Virus record (IMG/VR): IMGVR_UViG_638275429_000001
Coordinates: 1 to 23,739 of that record
Direction: 5' to 3' (one strand)
From: a virus
Taxonomy: Duplodnaviria; Heunggongvirae; Uroviricota; Caudoviricetes; Straboviridae
DNA length: 23,739 nucleotides
Part shown: in pieces, positions 22,753-23,739 of the stretch
Position numbering within the stretch: the stretch's first letter is position 1
How the letters are laid out: every line of letters begins with the position of its first letter
Translations under genes and position numbers: made by a program
The notes under the pieces: model-generated
What the model was told of the DNA's origin: nothing
Databases searched by the model: none
Seen by the model: only the letters and a program-made list of their open reading frames with translations

Positions 22753-22760
22753 GTTAACTT

Positions 22761-23117
22761 TTAGCCAAATTTGTATTTTGCTATCAAAGTCCAATCAGCT
22801 TTCTGTTTGTGACTAATAACTCTGAAGTTGTTATGGCTTGATACATCGATCGGTTCAAGTATTGTACACAATTTCCAACTGTTAAGCAACATTGCAATGT
22901 TATTTCTTCGGCCGATATCCTCGTCGCTGATATCAACTTTCAAACCGTCAAGTTGCAACATTTCTTTAAAGTGCACGATAAAATACTTACCTTGCTTCTG
23001 TAGAATATGGCAACTTTGATAGAGTTTCTTCTCTTTGTTGGAGGCAATCCCGATGCGGGTCAGAGTCTCTGCGATTTTCAGAAAATCATCAGGATGTGCG
23101 ATGTCAATAGGTATCAT
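22761..23117 (-). CDS. regA: RegA translational repressor
   Basis: DFLKI.ETLTR.GIA.NK.K.LYQSCHILQK.G.Y.IVHFKEML.LDG matches recalled T4 RegA. Confidence 0.96.
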   Translation of the reverse strand: MIPIDIAHPDDFLKIAETLTRIGIASNKEKKLYQSCHILQKQGKYFIVHFKEMLQLDGLKVDISDEDIGRRNNIAMLLNSWKLCTILEPIDVSSHNNFRVISHKQKADWTLIAKYKFG

Positions 23118-23126
23118 TGTTAGTCC

Positions 23127-23705
23127 TTAGAATTTCTTGGCCAACTTCAGGAGTTGGTTCTGTTCTTTTGCGGTTTTTGTAACCTTCTTAACGAAGGCTG
23201 GCGTAACTAGGAATTTATAGCTTGAGAGAAAACTTTCCATTGTTCCACGTTTGGTCATGATTTTAATATACATGCATGCGGTCGTTTCGTCCACGTTGTT
23301 TGCGGTTTTTACCATCGCAACATACAAATTTTCTTCTGCTGACGATTCAAGCTTTGGCCATTTACCGTAAACTTTGCCCTTGCGAATAGAGGCTTTAAGG
23401 TAGTTGTATTGGGCTTGACCATCTAAGCCTGAAAGCAGATTCATGACATACGCTGGATACAAAGTCTCGGCGTGCATAGAAAGAGCGTTATTGATGAACC
23501 AGGCCGGATATTCGGTATTCGCTACGTTTCGCTCGGGTTTGTTGTAGGTGATGTCGTCCATAAAAGCGAACGCGGTATTCTCCGCGTTCTCTTTAAACTG
23601 ATCAGCCAATTTAGCAACAGCATCCCAATCCTTAGACATCCATGCTATTTCATGCTCATTTAGTTGTTCTTCATCATCACCTAGCAGGAAGTTTAAGTTG
23701 TTCAT
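23127..23705 (-). CDS. 62: Clamp loader small subunit gp62
   Basis: QLNEH.IAW.SKDW.AV..LAD.FKE.AEN matches recalled T4 gp62; syntenic. Confidence 0.92.
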   Translation of the reverse strand: MNNLNFLLGDDEEQLNEHEIAWMSKDWDAVAKLADQFKENAENTAFAFMDDITYNKPERNVANTEYPAWFINNALSMHAETLYPAYVMNLLSGLDGQAQYNYLKASIRKGKVYGKWPKLESSAEENLYVAMVKTANNVDETTACMYIKIMTKRGTMESFLSSYKFLVTPAFVKKVTKTAKEQNQLLKLAKKF

Positions 23706-23739
23706 GCAAATACCATCTCCACAGAGAGCTGGACGAACA
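23702..23739 (-). CDS. 44: 3' end of clamp loader large subunit gp44 (partial)
   Basis: Reads FVQLSVEMVFA-stop (T4 gp44 ends FIQLACEMQWK); ATGA overlap with gene 62. Confidence 0.7.
   Translation of the reverse strand, partial: FVQLSVEMVFA

Noticed and set aside
94-23663. Numerous plus-strand ORFs of 60-180 aa (e.g. 3295-3834, 5176-5664, 15729-16166)
   Set aside because: All lie antisense to well-supported minus-strand genes, lack recognisable motifs or SDs, and are typical shadows of biased codon usage

Overview
A 23.7-kb segment of a T4-like myophage genome (Straboviridae). All supported genes lie on the minus strand. In T4 map order it runs rIIA - accessory ORFs - fused topoisomerase 39+60 - accessory block - dexA - dda - 56 (dCTPase) - denV - 61 (primase) - 61.1 - 41 - 40 - 42 (dCMP hydroxymethylase) - 43B - 43A - regA - 62 - 3' end of 44. 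The split DNA polymerase, genes 42 and 56, the fused 39+60 and the lack of uvsX at its usual site suggest an Aeromonas-type T4 relative (44RR/25-like); this is inference, not a database result. Main findings: (1) An intact phage serine hydroxymethyltransferase (glyA), which would regenerate the 5,10-methylene-THF consumed by the gp42 hydroxymethylase in the same window, giving a phage-encoded one-carbon loop for hmC DNA. (2) A ~340-bp non-coding region packed with short hairpins and entered by a perfect T4 late promoter (candidate late ncRNA or origin). (3) An expanded GoF/ComC-alpha-like small-domain family, with one copy fused to a MazG-like domain. (4) A secreted LprI-type lysozyme-inhibitor-like protein, while T4 sp and imm are absent from their usual positions. 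(5) Duplicated terminator-promoter cassettes, a fixed CATCAA leader, and -10 boxes repeatedly placed inside palindromes, including a dedicated promoter between 43A and 43B. All family assignments come from motif recognition and recalled T4 sequences; no searches were run.
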